From positions 352,001-416,000 of the forward strand of contig CAWJKT010000011.1 in NCBI GenBank assembly GCA_963843375.1: DNA of 64,000 bases. Reading direction: 5' to 3'. The notes beneath the pieces were generated by a model. It did not search any database and had not been told where the DNA came from. It saw only the letters and a program-made list of their open reading frames with translations. Below, piece after piece: positions 60,167 to 64,000 of this stretch. This DNA is from an uncultured Pseudomonadota bacterium. Its GTDB lineage: Bacteria > Oederibacteriota > Muellerivitia > Muellerivitales > Muellerivitaceae. Position 1 is the first letter of the stretch. Each line of letters begins with the position of its first letter. A program made the position numbers and the translations under genes.

Positions 60167-60334
60167 ATGTTCTGCAGGCGATGCAAGATCAAGATGAGGG
60201 AAAAGGCCCATTCGGCCCATAAAAAGAGAAAGTTCGTGTGCCCCCTTTGCGGCGGGGCCCGCATGATGGCTGGAAAAGAAAAAGCCGGTGACCGTCGGCG
60301 GGACCGGACGCAGGAAATGGGGCATGGGTGTTAA
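60167..60334 (+). CDS. 55-aa zinc-ribbon microprotein (CxxC...CPxCG)
   Basis: Manually translated: MFCRRCKIKMREKAHSAHKKRKFVCPLCGGARMMAGKEKAGDRRRDRTQEMGHGC; GGGGGA RBS. Confidence 0.65.
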   Translation: MFCRRCKIKMREKAHSAHKKRKFVCPLCGGARMMAGKEKAGDRRRDRTQEMGHGC

Positions 60335-60369
60335 ACAGTGCCTAGCCGACTATGACCCAGGAGGAGAAT

Positions 60370-60681
60370 ATGGCTTGGTATGTTTATGTCGCTTATTTTT
60401 TTGGCGGGGCTTTCCTTGGGAATTTCCTTCCGCATTTCGTTCATGGAGTTTCCGGGAAGAAGTTTCCGAGCCCTTTTTCCAAGCCTCCGGGGAAGGGATT
60501 ATCCTCACCTCTCGTCAATGTACTTTGGGGTTTGTTGAATCTCATTATCGCCTACTTTTTGATTTTCAAGGTGGGTGATTTTGACATTCGGCAGGTCGCC
60601 CAGGCGGGAACGGTCGGGTTGGGGATATTAACCATCGGCATTCAATTGGCGATAGTCTTTGGGCGCTTGAAACAAAAATAA
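60370..60681 (+). CDS. Small membrane protein
   Basis: GGAGGAG RBS; FFGGAFL.N..PH.V.G..G..F.SPF..PPG.GLSS..VNVLWG. Confidence 0.8.
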   Translation: MAWYVYVAYFFGGAFLGNFLPHFVHGVSGKKFPSPFSKPPGKGLSSPLVNVLWGLLNLIIAYFLIFKVGDFDIRQVAQAGTVGLGILTIGIQLAIVFGRLKQK

Positions 60682-60689
60682 AGAAAGGA

Positions 60690-61448
60690 TTGAAGAGGCT
60701 TGGAATCCTCTTCCCATTCATGAGCGATATTTTTTTCACCCTTTCGATGTCCTTGTTCGACAGCCTGTCAACCACACTGCAAATTATTATTTTTGTTCTT
60801 CTGCTGACAACGGAAAAACCGCTTCGGAACGCGCTAACTTATCTGGCCGGGTTGAGTGGCGCCTATTTTGTTTGTGGACTCGCGGGATATCTGGCCTTGG
60901 ACGAATTGCGCCAATTTTTGAGCCGGTTTTTTCCATCCCAGGACGCCCTGCCTAATTCACTCTATTATCAAACGGAATTTCTCATGGGCCTCATCATGGT
61001 TGGACTTGGATTTTGGTATTTTTACCGGAAGAAAAGGGCGAAGCCGGGTCGGGCACTCCAGTGGTTTCTCTCGAAATTGCGCAATATGAACAGCTGGTTC
61101 GCCTTTGGTTTAGGTCTCTTCATATCCGTAACCTCCTTTCCCTCTTCCCCCCCGTACCTCATCGCCCTTGGCAAGTACTCGGCCCTTCACCTTGATTTTC
61201 CAGCGGCAACCGGATGGATTTTGTTTTATAACCTCGGCTACGCTTTGCCGATGATCTTGATTTTGGGGGTGTACCTGGTCGCCCGACGGGAAATGGGGGT
61301 TGATCACGACCGCCTGCATGAACACGCTAACCGGTTGAACGCCCATTTAACTGCATGGACCATGGTGGGTTTCGGGCTCTTTTTCATGATCGACGCGGGG
61401 TGTTTCTTTGCCCTGGGGCAAGCCCTGATCAAAGGAAGATATTTTTGA
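60690..61448 (+). CDS. GAP/Sap (DUF2910)-like membrane protein
   Basis: DSLS, multiple TMs, P...PY, LFYN..Y.LP; start uncertain (60690 or 60720). Confidence 0.65.
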   Translation: MKRLGILFPFMSDIFFTLSMSLFDSLSTTLQIIIFVLLLTTEKPLRNALTYLAGLSGAYFVCGLAGYLALDELRQFLSRFFPSQDALPNSLYYQTEFLMGLIMVGLGFWYFYRKKRAKPGRALQWFLSKLRNMNSWFAFGLGLFISVTSFPSSPPYLIALGKYSALHLDFPAATGWILFYNLGYALPMILILGVYLVARREMGVDHDRLHEHANRLNAHLTAWTMVGFGLFFMIDAGCFFALGQALIKGRYF

Positions 61449-61494
61449 TTTTTTTCAGGAAAACGGGATCTGTTTCATGAGAGGGAGGCGTTAA

Positions 61495-61881
61495 ATGGAA
61501 AAAAATTTATTCCAAGAGGACATGAAAAAAATCGCCCAGATTTTGGAATCCAACCAAGCCCATATTATTTACCAAAAATACCGGCCCGACATTTACGGCA
61601 TTTGGAGGATCGTGGCTTCCATGGAAGGCAAGGTGGTTATGTTGTTTTGGGATGCGCGGTATGGAGTGGCGGAATATTCGATTAAAGACCGGGAAAAAGT
61701 GGGGGGGTACTTAAAGAGAATGAACCCCGGCTGGTTAAGCCGGCTTTTATTTAAGAATTATGAGGAAACCTACGAAGGATCCATGGATTGGAAAAAAGTC
61801 GGGTCCGATTCCTTTCGAAAAGAGCCCCAATTGACTTCCCAAGATATTGCCGAAAGATTCATCAAGCTTTTAAAAGGTTAG
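61495..61881 (+). CDS. Hypothetical protein
   Basis: GGAGG RBS; 128 aa. Confidence 0.65.
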   Translation: MEKNLFQEDMKKIAQILESNQAHIIYQKYRPDIYGIWRIVASMEGKVVMLFWDARYGVAEYSIKDREKVGGYLKRMNPGWLSRLLFKNYEETYEGSMDWKKVGSDSFRKEPQLTSQDIAERFIKLLKG

Positions 61882-62077
61882 TTCCATTGCGAAACACTCC
61901 CGGATTGGCCTTGGAGCGGGAGGCGGAGCTTTAAAAGGCACTGCTGAATTGAAGCAATAGACCAATTTGTGGCTTCTGAAATAATTTTCGTTAGCCTGCT
62001 AGGTTTTTTTTCGGCCCTCCCGCAAAATATCCGGCACCACCGCCCGTCGTTTTTGAATGGAATCAAGGAGGTCCACC

Positions 62078-62746
62078 ATGGATGTGAACCAAGCTTTAAG
62101 AAGCCGTTATACCTGCAGGGATTTTAAAACAACTGCCGTGCCCAAGGGAATAATTTTGGAAATACTGGAAGAGGCCAGCCGGGCCCCCTCCTGGGCCGAT
62201 ACTCAGCCTTGGGAAGTTTTCGTGGCGGGAGGCGACGCCTTGGACAGACTCCGCAAGGCCTACGCCAACAGCTTCGCGAAAGGCGCCGCCCCCCACCCGG
62301 ATATTCCTGCGCCTACCCAATGGCCGGCGGAACTGAAGCAACGCATGGACGAACTGTTGGTACTCCATAAAAAAGAAGCCCAAGCCCTATCAGGGAACAC
62401 AACCGATCCCCAGGCTTATCTGACCCGACAGATGAAGTTTTTCAACGCCCCTGTCGTGGTTTTCATTGGCATGGATAAAAACCTCACCTCCTGGTCAATA
62501 TTCGACTTGGGCTTTTTCACCCAAAGCCTCCTGCTGGCAGCAAAGGAAAAAGGTCTGGACACAGCCCCCGCCTACCGGTTGGTCTCCTATCCCGACTTGG
62601 TGCGCGAAGAATTGGGAATACCCTCCCAGCTTTCTCTCGTATTTGGGGTAGCTTTGGGCTTCGGCATGGAAAGGTCTGATGCCATTGGATTCCAAAGCCC
62701 CCGGCGACAGATCTCGGATATGGCTCGATTCAAGGGTTTTGAGTGA
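62078..62746 (+). CDS. Nitroreductase family protein
   Basis: AAGGAGG RBS before ATG 62078; SRYTCRDF, RAPSWADTQPW, FNAP, DLG.F.QSL.LAA...GL.T. Confidence 0.92.
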   Translation: MDVNQALRSRYTCRDFKTTAVPKGIILEILEEASRAPSWADTQPWEVFVAGGDALDRLRKAYANSFAKGAAPHPDIPAPTQWPAELKQRMDELLVLHKKEAQALSGNTTDPQAYLTRQMKFFNAPVVVFIGMDKNLTSWSIFDLGFFTQSLLLAAKEKGLDTAPAYRLVSYPDLVREELGIPSQLSLVFGVALGFGMERSDAIGFQSPRRQISDMARFKGFE

Positions 62747-62910
62747 GGCGGAGGAAATTCCGGTCCTACCCCTGCTTTTTGGCCGATATTATTCCCAAAA
62801 CCGGAAAAGCCGGGTCTGGATAAAGATGGGATAAGAGCATGATAATAGTTTTGACATGACATGGGTAAGGCGACCACCGAGAGAGTATTTTTTAAAGAAG
62901 GAGGATTGTC

Positions 62911-63174
62911 ATGAAAGATAAAAAAGCCAAAAAGCTTTTTAAGGAAGCCAAAAAACTCGTGAAAAGAATTAAAAAGCACGGCCATGAAGGAGAGGCGCTT
63001 TTAAAGGAAATCAAAAAACTTTTGGAACCAGCTAAAGCCGACTCTCCCAAAAAGAAAACCGTGAAAAAACAGCCCACCAAAGCCAAGACTCCAAAACAAA
63101 GTGAACCTATTCTCAAACTGGAGCGTCCATCGGCCACGACTTCGCCAACTTCCGAAAATGCGCCACTGACATAA
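62911..63174 (+). CDS. Small Lys-rich basic protein
   Basis: AGGAGG RBS; K-rich, histone-H1-like composition. Confidence 0.65.
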   Translation: MKDKKAKKLFKEAKKLVKRIKKHGHEGEALLKEIKKLLEPAKADSPKKKTVKKQPTKAKTPKQSEPILKLERPSATTSPTSENAPLT

Positions 63175-63291
63175 AAGCCGGCTGGGTATCAATGCGGCGT
63201 TAGAATTTACGCACCGGCAAAATCGGAAAGAAATTACCTTGTCCGTAATCACAGTTGCCTGGGTGGCGATATCTTTTTCTGTCAGGACCCG

Positions 63292-63645
63292 ATGCACTTC
63301 CTCATCCGGGTCAAAACAGCTGTCCTTAACGACAAAACATTAAAAATAAAAGTCGGCTTTTTTCTCCTGGCCTTACCCCTTCACGCCCAGTTCAATAGCG
63401 ACGGGCTTTTGGCCGTTTATTATGACAGCTCCAAACTTACCAGCCCCGCAGTTACTGAAGTGGACCCCAACATCAGCTACGGCTGGGGTAAGCGTAATCA
63501 TAATTGGCTCAATGGTTCTCAGCAATTGGGTGGATGGACCGGTGGAGCCGGCAGGCGCGGTGATCACCTTGACGACGGGGTCAAGGTTCCTCTGGAAGTG
63601 GATTATTTTTGGGGGCGGTCACCAATTACTCCACCATCCAAATGA
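63292..63645 (+). pseudogene. Degraded PA14-domain gene remnant
   Basis: GLLAVYY...VDPNISYGWG, WLNG, L..GVKVPLEVDYF, with intervening segments missing. Confidence 0.5.
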
Positions 63646-63894
63646 TGTGGCAAAGTCGTTTCTTTTGAGCCCTTGGTTGTTCGTGGTTTTTTTGCCCTTT
63701 GCCTTAGGCAAGAAATGAGGTTTTTTAAGCCTTTTATTAGTTTTTTTCAGCTCTTGATAATTTTTATCAATTTTAGGGAATAAACCCCCCCCGACCAAAC
63801 ACTTATCTGGTGGATAGTCTTGTCCCACCTGACGGCGGGTATGACTTTGCCTAGGCCTATTAAAGGCACACTAAACATTTAATTGCGGAAATCC

Positions 63895-64000
63895 ATGCAA
63901 GGTTCCAAATCCAATTTAAAACGTTTTTTATTCCTTCCACCGACCGTTACTCTATTGTTTTTATCTTTCGGGGTCACTTGGGCACAAACCGTAACGGTCA
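63895..64000 (+). CDS. Partial secreted protein (runs off window)
   Basis: ATG 63895, signal-peptide-like MQGSKSNLKRFLFLPPTVTLLFLSFGVTWAQ. Confidence 0.45.
   Translation, partial: MQGSKSNLKRFLFLPPTVTLLFLSFGVTWAQTVTV

Overview
Bacterial chromosomal window with no rRNA, tRNA, CRISPR array or transposase recognised. The left ~32 kb looks like a stress-adaptation island. It encodes two DUF3494 ice-binding-like lipoproteins, an OsaA/Nik1-like poly-HAMP hybrid kinase with two OsaB-like receivers, YihY, LysM, AI-2E and DUF4403 proteins, a DUF883-like plus holin-like pair, a giant cyclic beta-1,2-glucan synthase/phosphorylase (five +1 indels), GlsB/YeaQ, YceI, cardiolipin synthase, a GGDEF protein and several microproteins. 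The strongest unannotated signal is regulatory. At least eight sigma54-type GG-N10-GC promoters recur in this island, most of them 60-110 bp from tandem ATCA-WWW-TGAT boxes spaced 20-22 bp apart. This suggests one regulon driven by an enhancer-binding protein; no such activator gene is visible in the window. The right half is mixed. It holds a partial branched-chain amino acid ABC locus, an RsmB/F methyltransferase, a YceI/HxlR pair, PilZ, HtrA, ZIP, an A-family cytochrome c oxidase operon that appears to lack the K proton channel, HPr, MFS and VIT1 transporters, a probable Cu-only SOD, GH12, a nitroreductase and hypotheticals. Eight single-base frameshifts, mostly in homopolymers, are more likely long-read consensus errors than true pseudogenes. 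All family assignments come from visual motif recognition, not database searches.
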